Assembly: GCA_034439715.1 (NCBI GenBank)
Contig: JAWXAY010000018.1
Coordinates: forward strand, 1-25,821
DNA length: 25,821 nt
From: Pseudomonadota bacterium
GTDB lineage: Bacteria > Bdellovibrionota > Bdellovibrionia > Bdellovibrionales > SG-bin7
Reading direction: 5' to 3'
Shown: positions 16,865 through 25,821 of the stretch, one piece after another
How positions within the stretch are numbered: the stretch's first letter is position 1
Layout of the letters: the number at the start of each line of letters is the position of its first letter
Position numbers and translations under genes: made by a program
Notes under the pieces: model-generated
The model's input: only the letters and a program-made list of their open reading frames with translations
Databases searched by the model: none
What the model was told of the DNA's origin: nothing

Positions 16865-17144
16865 GAACTCGCTCCTAAACCTCTGACCACCACACCTATA
16901 ATCCTAGCATTTGGACTAAGGTCCAGCAATAGTCCAATTTGATAATTAGCTAATTTCTTTAAAGATTTATGGATAATGACTTTTCACGGCGATGGGATGC
17001 GCGCTGCGGGTGTCAAATGACTTTTCGCAACAGATTTGACTTCGGCTCATTTGGGTACGATTTACCAATTCCGTTAAGGACTTGCGTTTAAAAATGGATC
17101 TGGTACCACTCACTCCGTCTGCGGAACCAATGGGGAGACTGATC

Positions 17145-18230
17145 ATGAGAACTCAGGTATTCTTGATTCTAATTTTTTTACTAAATTTTAATGTCCAGGC
17201 CAGAGAGGATGCCCCGTTGGATCCCCCTTACCCTCATAAGATGGGCCTCAAAAGAGACTTAGGCTTTGAAAGCTTACGGCGCCTAAGGCCTGCCTCCAAC
17301 AGCGAGAAAGTTATTGGCATACAAACAAGTGTAAAGGCCCAAATATCACGTGGCACTTGTTCGATGTTTTCAGCAACGGCTATTTTGGAATCAAAGCTGA
17401 TCTCGATCAAAGGGCTCCCTATCACTTTGGATCTTTCTGAGGAATGGTTAGAGTATATAGCTGTTCGCGGAAAAACCAGCGATGGCGGTAACTCGCCGAC
17501 CAATTTTTCGCTCCTCAGAGAACACGGCATTCCTGACGAGATTGACATGCCCTATATCGGCGATGCTTGGAGCAGTCTTTCTTCTTCGGGTTTAATATTT
17601 GAGCGTTGTGGTCACCTTTCCTCGCATAAACTGACTTCCTGCTTACTGACACATTGGGATCCTGACTTTTTGTACATGAGCGAAAATGAATTGCAGCAAA
17701 AAAGTCCTGAGTTTTTTGCCGCTCGTGCGATGGCCAATGCATTTAGAGATTCTTCTATTCACACCAGTGACGAAAGCGTTTACGTGAGCAGTGAATCCGA
17801 AGCTAAAAAACACTTGGAGGATGGCACGCCTATTATTTTGGATATCGATTTTTATTATGGCGCATGGAACCACCGAATTGCTCCCACTATTGGTGTCAAA
17901 AGAAATATGGCGAGTTGGTATCGTGGAATTGTAGGTTACCCTGAAGTCGGATCCGTCGACCTAAAGAACTCAACTGATGAACCTGCAGGACATTCGTTTG
18001 TAGTGGTAGGATACGACGACAAAAAAGTGATTGAAACCGAAGTGCTTATGACTGATGGTTCTAAGAAAAAATTTAAACACGTTGGCGTTTATTACTTTAA
18101 AAATTCCTGGGGTACTGACGGCTTTGGCAAAAAATTTACTTTAAATGGTAAGTCCTACCCCGGTTACGGCCTCATTACGCAAGATTACGCGCATGAATAC
18201 GGGGCTTTTTTTAATTTGCCACTCAGATAG
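17145..18230 (+). CDS. Secreted papain-like (C1) cysteine protease
   Basis: VKAQISRGTCSMFS (Gln/Cys), DLSEE, GHSFVVVGYDD (His), FKNSWG (Asn). Signal peptide from ATG 17145 with GGGGAG SD. Confidence 0.92.
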   Translation: MRTQVFLILIFLLNFNVQAREDAPLDPPYPHKMGLKRDLGFESLRRLRPASNSEKVIGIQTSVKAQISRGTCSMFSATAILESKLISIKGLPITLDLSEEWLEYIAVRGKTSDGGNSPTNFSLLREHGIPDEIDMPYIGDAWSSLSSSGLIFERCGHLSSHKLTSCLLTHWDPDFLYMSENELQQKSPEFFAARAMANAFRDSSIHTSDESVYVSSESEAKKHLEDGTPIILDIDFYYGAWNHRIAPTIGVKRNMASWYRGIVGYPEVGSVDLKNSTDEPAGHSFVVVGYDDKKVIETEVLMTDGSKKKFKHVGVYYFKNSWGTDGFGKKFTLNGKSYPGYGLITQDYAHEYGAFFNLPLR

Positions 18231-18233
18231 TAC

Positions 18234-18983
18234 TTAACATGAACTCGCAATCGCTAGAAAAGATTTAACCTCAAGCGACGCGCCACCTACCAAAAAACCG
18301 TCGATATTTTCTTTCTCGATTAGGCTCTTCGCATTGTCGGACTTCACACTACCACCGTAAAGAATCGAAGTCTTTTCGGCAACGGGCCCCCCGGCAATGG
18401 ATTTTAATACTTCTCTTAAATATTTGTGAGCGTCTTCGGCCTGCTCAGGTGTTGCGACCTTACCCGTGCCGATAGCCCACACGGGCTCATAAGCAATTGT
18501 AAAAGTCTTAGTAAAATCAACTTTGGCCAAGCCCTTTTTTAGTTGCTCAGCAATTATTTGGTTTGTTTTAGCGCTCTCGCGCTCACTTAGGTCTTCACCC
18601 AAACAAAGCATTGGAATCAATTGAGCTTTCTGCGCACACATTACTTTTTTTGCCAGCAGCTCATCCCCCTCACCAAAAATCTTTCGGCGCTCGCTATGGC
18701 CAACAAGCACATACCTCGCGCCCATTTCGCTTAAAGCACTCGCTGAATTTTCGCCTGTGAAAGCGCCTAGGTTTTCAAAATAACAATTCTGCCCCCCCCA
18801 TTTTAGGGAGGAATCTTTTGTTACGAGTGCCAGCGCTTCGCAACTGAGAGCCTGCGGAAAAATCACGACCTCACATTTTATCAATTTCAACTGCGGCAAA
18901 AACTCTTGCATGTATTCACGAGTTTCTCGTGGGGATTTGTGAAGTTTCCAGTTGCCAGCACATATAACCTCTCGCTTACTCAC
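18234..18983 (-). CDS. tpiA: Triosephosphate isomerase
   Basis: AGNWK, GAFTGE, GHSERR, AYEPVWAIGTG, LYGGSV, DGFLVGGASL. Confidence 0.99.
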   Translation of the reverse strand: MSKREVICAGNWKLHKSPRETREYMQEFLPQLKLIKCEVVIFPQALSCEALALVTKDSSLKWGGQNCYFENLGAFTGENSASALSEMGARYVLVGHSERRKIFGEGDELLAKKVMCAQKAQLIPMLCLGEDLSERESAKTNQIIAEQLKKGLAKVDFTKTFTIAYEPVWAIGTGKVATPEQAEDAHKYLREVLKSIAGGPVAEKTSILYGGSVKSDNAKSLIEKENIDGFLVGGASLEVKSFLAIASSC

Positions 18984-20187
18984 CGCGCTTACCTTTTCTT
19001 AACGAGTCTATTCCCGGTAGCGGATCACCCTGGAGATATTCTAGGCTAGCGCCTCCGCCCGTCGAGATATGAGTCAACATATCGGCAAACCCAGAGGCTT
19101 TAGCCGCACTCGCAGTGTCGCCGCCACCCACAATTGTGTCAGCTTCAAGACCACTTAGAGCTTTTGCTATCGCAAATGTGCCCTGACACATTTTAGGGTT
19201 TTCAAAAACACCCATAGGCCCGTTCCAAAATACCGTTTTTGCCGAAAGCAGTTCTGTACAAAAAAGTTTTTCAGTTTGGGGTCCTATATCCAATCCTAAA
19301 AATCCGTCGGGTATCTTTTCGTTGGGAGTTGTGATCACTTCGGAACTTTTTATACTTTGAGAAACTCTGTGGTCTATAGGTAAAAGAATTTTTTTGCCAC
19401 GAGCCTTAACTCTTTTAATAAGTTCGCCAGTAAATTCTATTTTTTCACGCTCAACAAGAGAATGGCCTACCTCCACACCCATGGCTTTTAAAAAAGTATA
19501 TGCCATCGCGCCACCAATAATAAAGCCGTCTACTTTATCTATGAGCTTTTCAATAACTCCAATTTTATCGCTCACTTTAGCCCCACCCATTATTACCCAA
19601 TAAGGGAGCCGTGGACTTTCCAATAGCTTGTCTAGCATCGCTAATTCTTTTTGAATCAAAAAACCAGCACCTCTAATCGGCATCAGTCTTGGCAATTCAC
19701 TTACGCTAGCGTGAGCTCGGTGACTAGCCCCAAAGGCATCGTTAATATAAACATCGATGTAACTGGATAATTGCGCGGCGAACTCGTGGGAATTTTTTTC
19801 TTCACCAGCTGAAAATCGCAGGTTCTCAAGCATGATGATTTGATTTTTCTTAAGTCCTGCGATTAAGGCTTTCGGCGCATCGGATTCGGGATCATCCACT
19901 AAAATAATCTCATGACCATACTTGTCGCGAAGATATTCCGCCACGGGTTCCAGCGAAAACTTTTTGTGATCTTCGGATTTTTTAGGCCGGCCCAAATGGC
20001 TTCCTAAAATCACGTCTGCCCCCTGTTTAAGTGCATAGTCAATGGTGGGCCAGGTTGCCGTAATGCGAGTGTCATCAGTGATATTGCCGTTTTCCATTGG
20101 CACATTAAAATCACAACGAATAAAAACTCGCTTATTTTTTAAATCAAGATTTTCTATTCCGGTAACGCCTTGAAGTCCTTTACTCAC
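18976..20187 (-). CDS. pgk: Phosphoglycerate kinase
   Basis: RCDFNVP, SHLGRP, LENLRF, NDAFGASHRAH, GGAKVSDK, WNGPMGVFE, ISTGGGASLE. Confidence 0.99.
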   Translation of the reverse strand: MSKGLQGVTGIENLDLKNKRVFIRCDFNVPMENGNITDDTRITATWPTIDYALKQGADVILGSHLGRPKKSEDHKKFSLEPVAEYLRDKYGHEIILVDDPESDAPKALIAGLKKNQIIMLENLRFSAGEEKNSHEFAAQLSSYIDVYINDAFGASHRAHASVSELPRLMPIRGAGFLIQKELAMLDKLLESPRLPYWVIMGGAKVSDKIGVIEKLIDKVDGFIIGGAMAYTFLKAMGVEVGHSLVEREKIEFTGELIKRVKARGKKILLPIDHRVSQSIKSSEVITTPNEKIPDGFLGLDIGPQTEKLFCTELLSAKTVFWNGPMGVFENPKMCQGTFAIAKALSGLEADTIVGGGDTASAAKASGFADMLTHISTGGGASLEYLQGDPLPGIDSLRKGKRGE

Positions 20188-21192
20188 TCAAATCCCTTTC
20201 GCGTTCATATGCAGCGCCATATCCACCATTCGACTTGAAAAGCCAAACTCGTTGTCGTACCAAGAAAAAACTTTTGCCATACGGGTGCCAGACACCATCG
20301 TACTCTGTAAGTCGACGATGGAACTATAAGGACTGCCGTTAAAATCGCAGCTGACCAAGGGTTCTTTTTCAGTTGTCAGAATCCCCTTCATAGTAGTTTT
20401 ACTGGCCTCAATGAGTGCCGAGTTGATGGTTTCTTTTGTCACGTCCTTTTTAGTGGTAAAGTTAAAATCCACCAAACTCACGTTGGGCGTTGGCACTCTC
20501 ACCGAAAGACCGTCAATCCTACCTTTAAGTTCTGGCAATACTAATCCCACAGCCTTGGCGGCCCCAGTCGTAGTGGGAATCATCGAAAGCGCCGCTGCCC
20601 TGGCTCGTCTTAAATCTTTATGAGCACTGTCTAATATTTTTTGATCGAGAGTGTAAGAATGAATAGTAGTCATCAAACCGTACTCAATTCCAAAAATCTC
20701 GTGAAGAACTTTGGCCAAAGGTGCCAGGCAATTTGTGGTGCACGAAGCATTACTAATCACTAAGTGTGTTTTGCTATCATATTTGTCGTGATTAATGCCA
20801 TAGACGACGGTCATGTCGACGCCGTCGGCAGGCGCTGAAACCAATACTTTCTTGGCGCCTCCCGCAATGTGCTTCATAAAATCTTCTTTCCCTTTAAATG
20901 CACCTGTACATTCCAATACAATGTCGACTTCCCAATCTTTCCAGGGAATTTGGGCAGGGTCCTTAGTTTTAGAATAGTTAATGGTTTTACCGTTGACCAC
21001 GATGTTTTTGTCAGAGGCTTCAATGGTACCCGGAAACTTTCCATGGGTGGAATCGTATTTTAAAAGATGAGCTGATTCCTGGGGACTACCGAGATCATTA
21101 ATCCCAACAATATCTAATTTTTCAAATCCAGCTCGAAACAGAATTCGACCAATTCTCCCAAATCCGTTGATACCTACGCGCGGTTTTTTCAT
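20188..21192 (-). CDS. gap: Type I glyceraldehyde-3-phosphate dehydrogenase
   Basis: GINGFGRIGR, SNASCTTNCLAP, PTTTGAAKA, WYDNE. AGAGGAG SD. Confidence 0.99.
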   Translation of the reverse strand: MKKPRVGINGFGRIGRILFRAGFEKLDIVGINDLGSPQESAHLLKYDSTHGKFPGTIEASDKNIVVNGKTINYSKTKDPAQIPWKDWEVDIVLECTGAFKGKEDFMKHIAGGAKKVLVSAPADGVDMTVVYGINHDKYDSKTHLVISNASCTTNCLAPLAKVLHEIFGIEYGLMTTIHSYTLDQKILDSAHKDLRRARAAALSMIPTTTGAAKAVGLVLPELKGRIDGLSVRVPTPNVSLVDFNFTTKKDVTKETINSALIEASKTTMKGILTTEKEPLVSCDFNGSPYSSIVDLQSTMVSGTRMAKVFSWYDNEFGFSSRMVDMALHMNAKGI

Positions 21193-21246
21193 GGCAATCT
21201 CCTCTTTGAATTCAGCGCTCTATACAAGAATTATCTGCTAGTCTTG

Positions 21247-22020
21247 TCAAGACCATAATAGCTTAGAAAATAAGCGTTGCGCATTTTTCTTAAGCTGGGC
21301 GCTTAACACCTCTTGGCTCAAACCGAGTATCTCACAAACCTTTACTGCAGTTAGCACAACAAGTGCTGGCTCATTTTCTTTTCCCCGATGTGGTACAGGC
21401 GTCATGAATGGAGCATCAGTTTCGATATGAATCCGATCCAGTGGCAATGTCTTGATGGTTGAGCGCAAATTCTCGGCATTTTTAAAAGTACAAACACCGC
21501 TAATTGAAATATCAAAGCCCAATGCCAAGGCTTCGTTAGCTAACCACTGAGTTCCTGTAAAACAATGTAGGACTCCTTTTACCTTACCTTGAAACTCTCT
21601 TAAGATTGCCACGGTGTCAGCTTCAGCATCGCGAGTGTGAATTTCGACTGGCAATTTATGATACTCAGCGAGTCGTAACTGGCGACGAAAGACTTCTCGC
21701 TGCACGTCTTGCGGCGAGTGATTGTAATGAAAGTCGAGTCCAATTTCGCCGACACCTATAACCTCGCGCTCTCCTAATAACGAAGATAGATTTTTTTCGA
21801 CTTCATCGGAGTATTTACTCGCGTCGTGTGGATGTATACCGAGTGTACAAAATAATGTGGGGTAATGTTTTTTGGCGAGCGCTAAGACAGTCATTAAATC
21901 TGCAGGATCGGTTCCAATCAAAATCATTTTCTCGACGTCGTTCGCCAGCGCTCGACTTACGATAATGTCAGAGTCCTGCTTTATCATATTTATATGAGTG
22001 TGTAGATCTATCCAACCCAT
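21247..22020 (-). CDS. tatD: TatD family nuclease
   Basis: IDLHTH, GIHPH, GEIGLD, HTRDA, HCFTG, ETDAPF. Confidence 0.96.
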   Translation of the reverse strand: MGWIDLHTHINMIKQDSDIIVSRALANDVEKMILIGTDPADLMTVLALAKKHYPTLFCTLGIHPHDASKYSDEVEKNLSSLLGEREVIGVGEIGLDFHYNHSPQDVQREVFRRQLRLAEYHKLPVEIHTRDAEADTVAILREFQGKVKGVLHCFTGTQWLANEALALGFDISISGVCTFKNAENLRSTIKTLPLDRIHIETDAPFMTPVPHRGKENEPALVVLTAVKVCEILGLSQEVLSAQLKKNAQRLFSKLLWS

Positions 22021-22931
22021 GAGCTATTCTCTAGAACCTTTTTGCCGCCCCAATAAAACTTTTCAAGCGTTAGCTTGCTGTCGACATTTCGCTCTAAATC
22101 ACGCTCACATTCAAAACTGAGATTCCAAAGATCTAAAATGCAGAGCGAATTTCGCCCTCGCAGCTGTTCAGCAATGCTGGCAAACCCTTGTCCGAGCGTC
22201 GCCGATCTTCCTAGTCTTAAGTTCAAAACGTCCCGCAAAGCTCTCTGGCAATAATTAAATACATCGCACAGATTTTCTCGGGTACTTTCTTTAGCACATT
22301 TTTCGACCTCGAGATTCAAATAATTTCCCGAGACAACAGCTGTAAGCAGATCCACAGTTTTTTGGCGAGCTTCCTCAACTTTTTCAGGATGGGTGCCTCT
22401 ACTTGCACTCCATTCTTTTTCTGAAAGTGGCCTAAATCTTAAAATCTGGGATCGCGAACGAAGAGTCGGCAGCACTGCTGAAAGATTTGAAGAAATAAGA
22501 AAAATAAAGTTATTGGCCGGGGGTTCTTCAAGTGATTTTAGTAAAGTGTTAGCTGCCTGGGTGGTAAGATTTTCGACGCCGTCAATTATGACGACCTGAG
22601 AATGTCCCAAAGATTTCAGCGATAGAAAACGAATGACCTCATGGGCGTCTTCGACCTTAATGCTTTCGCCAGTGGGCTCTATTAACAACAGACTTTCGCT
22701 CTGCCGATTATAAATCCTCAAGCAGGGCCCACACTCGCCACAGCCGGTTTTCTTTTCACAAACAAAAGCTTGGGCCAATCCTAGCGCTAGGTGCTTTTTT
22801 CCGACGCCTTCGGGCCCAAAAAAAAGCCAAACCGGGTGTAGACGATTTTCTTGATGAAGAGTGAGCAGCTGGGTTTTATGGGACACGTGCCCTACAAATT
22901 TTTTTAATAGTGATTTCAATGTGTTGTCCAA
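22008..22931 (-). CDS. holB: DNA polymerase III subunit delta'
   Basis: GPEGVGK, zinc module C...CGECGPC, AANTLLKSLEEPP, LPTLRSR. Sits in the tmk-holB-tatD context. Confidence 0.93.
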   Translation of the reverse strand: MDNTLKSLLKKFVGHVSHKTQLLTLHQENRLHPVWLFFGPEGVGKKHLALGLAQAFVCEKKTGCGECGPCLRIYNRQSESLLLIEPTGESIKVEDAHEVIRFLSLKSLGHSQVVIIDGVENLTTQAANTLLKSLEEPPANNFIFLISSNLSAVLPTLRSRSQILRFRPLSEKEWSASRGTHPEKVEEARQKTVDLLTAVVSGNYLNLEVEKCAKESTRENLCDVFNYCQRALRDVLNLRLGRSATLGQGFASIAEQLRGRNSLCILDLWNLSFECERDLERNVDSKLTLEKFYWGGKKVLENSSWVG

Positions 22932-23551
22932 TTTCTATGTATAAGGTCATCAATTATTTGCTGGTGAATTTGCGATACCGAAGTAGTTCCGTCAATCACT
23001 ATCCAGCCCTTGGAATCTTCTTCAGCCTGAGCCAAGTAACTTAGCCTGACTTTTTCATGAAATTCTTGCTCTTCTTGTTCAAATCTATCGTGCCCAGTCG
23101 AAAGATTTCTTTGGCTCAGTCTCTTTTGGCACTCTGAAACCGATATATCTATTAAGATCGTTAATTCAGGTTTAATGCCGTCAGTCGCGTAAGCGTTAAG
23201 CCACTTTATGTCATTTAATTTTAAATTTCGGCCAGCTGACTGGAAGGCAGTGGTAGAGGCAGAAAAACGATCGCTAATCACCCACTTCTTTTGATTCATC
23301 GCGGGCTTTATGACTACTTCTACATGCTGAGCCCTAATGGCTTCATATAGTAGGAGTTCAGCGCGAGGGTGTGGGACATCTTCGCCGTTGGTTCTAAGGA
23401 GCAATTTACGGACTTCCTCGCCTAGAGGTGTTCCGCCCGGCTCACGCGTTAATATAAAACCAATGTTTTTGGATTTCAGAAAATCGGCAAGGAGCTTGAT
23501 TTGCGTACTTTTTCCACAACCATCAATGCCTTCAAAGACAATAAAAGCCAT
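22916..23551 (-). CDS. tmk: Thymidylate kinase
   Basis: FIVFEGIDGCGKSTQ, TREPGG, SDRF, DRFE. Likely start ATG 23551. Confidence 0.97.
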   Translation of the reverse strand: MAFIVFEGIDGCGKSTQIKLLADFLKSKNIGFILTREPGGTPLGEEVRKLLLRTNGEDVPHPRAELLLYEAIRAQHVEVVIKPAMNQKKWVISDRFSASTTAFQSAGRNLKLNDIKWLNAYATDGIKPELTILIDISVSECQKRLSQRNLSTGHDRFEQEEQEFHEKVRLSYLAQAEEDSKGWIVIDGTTSVSQIHQQIIDDLIHRNWTTH

Positions 23552-23589
23552 GACCTTTCTTGTACCAGATTGGGTGGCCTGTAAAGCAA

Positions 23590-23618
23590 TTGACTTCAAA
23601 ATGCCAGGTTCATATACT
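23590..23618 (+). promoter_or_regulatory. sigma70 promoter for secG
   Basis: TTGACT (23590-23595), N17, TATACT (23613-23618). AAGGAG SD at 23632-23637. Confidence 0.75.
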
Positions 23619-23642
23619 GCGTCAAACTTTTAAGGAGTATTC

Positions 23643-23999
23643 ATGATCTCTTTCATAACCACAGTACATGTCGTTGCGTGTGTTCTGCTCATTTTTTTCG
23701 TATTGATCCAAGATGCTAAGGGTGGCTCTCTAGGTACATTTGGTGGCCAAGCCTCAACATCAATTTTAGGCGCAGCTGGTGCTCCCACATTTTTTGCAAA
23801 ACTAACGACAGGTGCAGCCATTATTTTTGCTGGTACAAGTATTTGGCTAACGATGTTGACAGCAAGTCCCAGCAAAAGTGCTACGGATAAATACGTTCCA
23901 GCTCCTGCGACTAAACAAACTGAGCCCATCAAAGTTGACGGTTCTGCTCCTCCTGCTGATTCCACAAAAAAAGAAGAAAGTATTCCCCCTAAAAAATAA
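23643..23999 (+). CDS. secG: Preprotein translocase subunit SecG
   Basis: Two TM helices around VLIQDAKGGSLGTFGG...LG..GA..FFAKLT, strong SD. Confidence 0.93.
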   Translation: MISFITTVHVVACVLLIFFVLIQDAKGGSLGTFGGQASTSILGAAGAPTFFAKLTTGAAIIFAGTSIWLTMLTASPSKSATDKYVPAPATKQTEPIKVDGSAPPADSTKKEESIPPKK

Positions 24000-24790
24000 T
24001 GAGACAAAAGAGTCTAGTCATTTTATCGTTTGTATTTGCGATACTGGCTCTCTGGCTCATATGGTTCTTATTGAGTAAATCTATTTCTGGTCCTAGTGCC
24101 AAATCGATTGCCTCAGCTGATCTAGTCAGTGGTGAAGTAGTCATCAAACACAGCGAAACATTCCAAGAAAATCCTTTAACTCAGGGCGATTTGATTTACT
24201 CTTTTGACCGAATTTCCACAGGCGTAGGTGCTAGTGTTATTGTTACCACAAATCAGGGTGATCAGGTAAGGCTCGGCGAAAACACTATTGTCACTCTTGA
24301 GGAATCGGGCAGAAATGAGTCTTATCTACTTACCTTGTTGGCAGGCTCGCAGCAAACACTCAAAAACAACGGACATATTTTAGTAAATAACATCAAAGAA
24401 AAATGGAAGAGTCTTTATTTCAGCACGACCTCAATTAAAAAAGCTCCGGTAGTCCCGGTCCCCTCATCTGCTAAAATTGGCAATGACGCTGTTGTGGTTA
24501 GTAAGGATGTGGTTGATGGCCGCGGCATTAAAGAAAATCTCGATGGGCAAAAAGGCTTTCTGAATCGTTGTTATGCTAAATTTTTAGCGACCAACCCTGA
24601 CGGCAAAGGCAAAGTGGTGGTCGGGTTTATTTTAGAGCCTTCAGGAAAATCAAGCCAAATTAAAATTTTAACTTCGAGTTTTAATGAAAATGATATCGAG
24701 TCTTGTGTGGTGTCGGTCATAGAGCGAACGCCGTTTAAAAAATTTAACGGCGATTCGATCTATGTGACCTATCCAGTCGATTTTGAATAA
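23999..24790 (+). CDS. Membrane-anchored protein with FecR-like region and AgmX/PglI-type (TonB_C-like) C-terminal domain
   Basis: N-terminal TM, FecR-like L..GD.I...DRISTG..ASV......G.QVRLGENT, Pro-rich linker, then LNRCY...L..NP..KGKVVVGFILEPSG...IESCVVSVI....F......YVTYPVDF. Confidence 0.75.
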   Translation: MRQKSLVILSFVFAILALWLIWFLLSKSISGPSAKSIASADLVSGEVVIKHSETFQENPLTQGDLIYSFDRISTGVGASVIVTTNQGDQVRLGENTIVTLEESGRNESYLLTLLAGSQQTLKNNGHILVNNIKEKWKSLYFSTTSIKKAPVVPVPSSAKIGNDAVVVSKDVVDGRGIKENLDGQKGFLNRCYAKFLATNPDGKGKVVVGFILEPSGKSSQIKILTSSFNENDIESCVVSVIERTPFKKFNGDSIYVTYPVDFE

Positions 24791-25821
24791 TTAATTAAGA
24801 ACCTGAGAACCACTTGCCAACGGTGAACCTGACGAAACATCGAGGGTAAAACTACCGCTCGAAGCTTTCATATACACACGGTCCGAATATGTCGAGGCGT
24901 TAGGAATAGTGGCATTCAAAGTACTAACAGCCGTAGTAGTGCAACTGCTATCACTATAAAGATAGCTTCCTGAGGTCGTAGTAAATGTAATTGCGATATT
25001 TGAATTTGCATAGATTTGGCTACCACTGGAATTTTCTGCCTTAGCCTGTACTTCGTAACATTGATCCGGCGTATAGGCGCTGATTATGCCAGGATTAAAA
25101 TAGAAAGAGTAGACTGAAATCACATTGGTTTGCACATCAATTGGCGAGGATGTTACCGGTGTCAGAGCGGCTACACTGTCCGTTAAGGTAATAGTGCCTG
25201 TGTTGCTTACGGCAGTAGCCTTAAAGTAAGCATAGGTATCAGGGCTGCCACTGGAAATAACTGCACTCGTAGTCGTGGCAGAACAACCATAATCAGAATA
25301 GAAGGCTGCGCCTGGAACACTTTTAGTCAAATTGACAGTTGTCGCACTCGACACAACTGCGGGTTCATTCGAACTATTTTCGGCGCGTATGAACATTCTA
25401 TAACAGACGTCTTTTATCGCTGGGTTTGGCAGGCCCTGTGACAGTTTTGTAGCTGGCCCAGCCCCTAACACTGATAGGTTGAACATGGATTCCGAATATC
25501 CACTTGCGCCGGCCCTGAGGTAGGCATAGCCAGAATTTACGCTCTTAAAATAAAAAACAGGAGATACAGAAGTGCCCGAATTAATAGTGACCGACGAAAT
25601 TGTCGGCGTACTCGATATGCAGTTAGGACTAGAACTATAAAAATAAGCTCCGCTAACTCCCGTAACGAGCGGGAAATTAACCGACAGGTTTGAAGTTGCA
25701 TTCTCTGGGCTGCCATTGTTTGTAATAGCGATTCTCATTGCCATGCAAACATTGGAATCTACAAAACTGTCAGCGGAATTTGCGTCGGTACTTTTGATAA
25801 ACGAAAACATTGGCCCTCCAC
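24791..25821 (-). CDS. Ser/Thr-rich surface protein with ~115-aa Ig-like repeats, probably 5'-partial
   Basis: The frame stays open to the window edge. Three repeats C..(x~35)..[FL]YS.x.C..(x~20)..Y.K, with the first Cys at aa 22, 136 and 251 of the given ORF. Confidence 0.75.
   Translation of the reverse strand, partial: GGPMFSFIKSTDANSADSFVDSNVCMAMRIAITNNGSPENATSNLSVNFPLVTGVSGAYFYSSSPNCISSTPTISSVTINSGTSVSPVFYFKSVNSGYAYLRAGASGYSESMFNLSVLGAGPATKLSQGLPNPAIKDVCYRMFIRAENSSNEPAVVSSATTVNLTKSVPGAAFYSDYGCSATTTSAVISSGSPDTYAYFKATAVSNTGTITLTDSVAALTPVTSSPIDVQTNVISVYSFYFNPGIISAYTPDQCYEVQAKAENSSGSQIYANSNIAITFTTTSGSYLYSDSSCTTTAVSTLNATIPNASTYSDRVYMKASSGSFTLDVSSGSPLASGSQVLN

Noticed and set aside
16720..16929. 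69-aa minus-strand ORF
   Set aside because: It is an alternative frame over the zinc-ribbon gene, which has an SD and CxxC pairs.
21205..21250. sigma70 promoter for gap (perfect TTGACA at 21250-21245)
   Set aside because: There is no convincing -10 box at 16-18 nt spacing.
23630..24007. 125-aa minus-strand ORF
   Set aside because: It is the antisense shadow of secG, which has a clear promoter, SD and motif.
299..24078. Other short ORFs nested in or antisense to long genes (e.g. 927-1223, 3223-3726, 7007-7357, 9593-9874, 10343-10570, 11728-12033, 17234-17873, 23337-23633)
   Set aside because: They overlap well-supported CDSs and show no recognisable motifs; they are typical shadow ORFs.

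Overview
This is a gene-dense, moderately AT-rich bacterial chromosome segment, most likely from Bdellovibrionota. That assignment is inferred from gene content: a Bd1075-like LD-carboxypeptidase divergent from fliL and an M16 protease pair, many secreted proteases, and a hisC-cmk-rpsA-sppA run. Most of the window is housekeeping: tmk-holB-tatD-gap-pgk-tpiA, threonine dehydratase, a YccA/BI-1 protein, hisC-cmk-rpsA-sppA-HIT-mce-rhomboid, and secG. It also encodes S8, C1 and M16 proteases, and partial genes at both edges. The most unusual part is a ~620-bp cassette at ~2380-3003. It contains a 91-aa ORF resembling only the N-terminal helical part of Bdellovibrio-type HNH/DUF222-like proteins, directly behind a sigma54-type -24/-12 promoter. 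Promoter and ORF are enclosed by a perfect 26-bp inverted repeat (33 bp with 2 mismatches) whose right arm encodes the ORF's own C-terminus. The ORF is followed by ~190 nt that can fold into a nested multi-stem RNA. I found no rRNA, tRNA, CRISPR array, transposase or recombinase. All family assignments come from motif recognition by eye; no searches were run.
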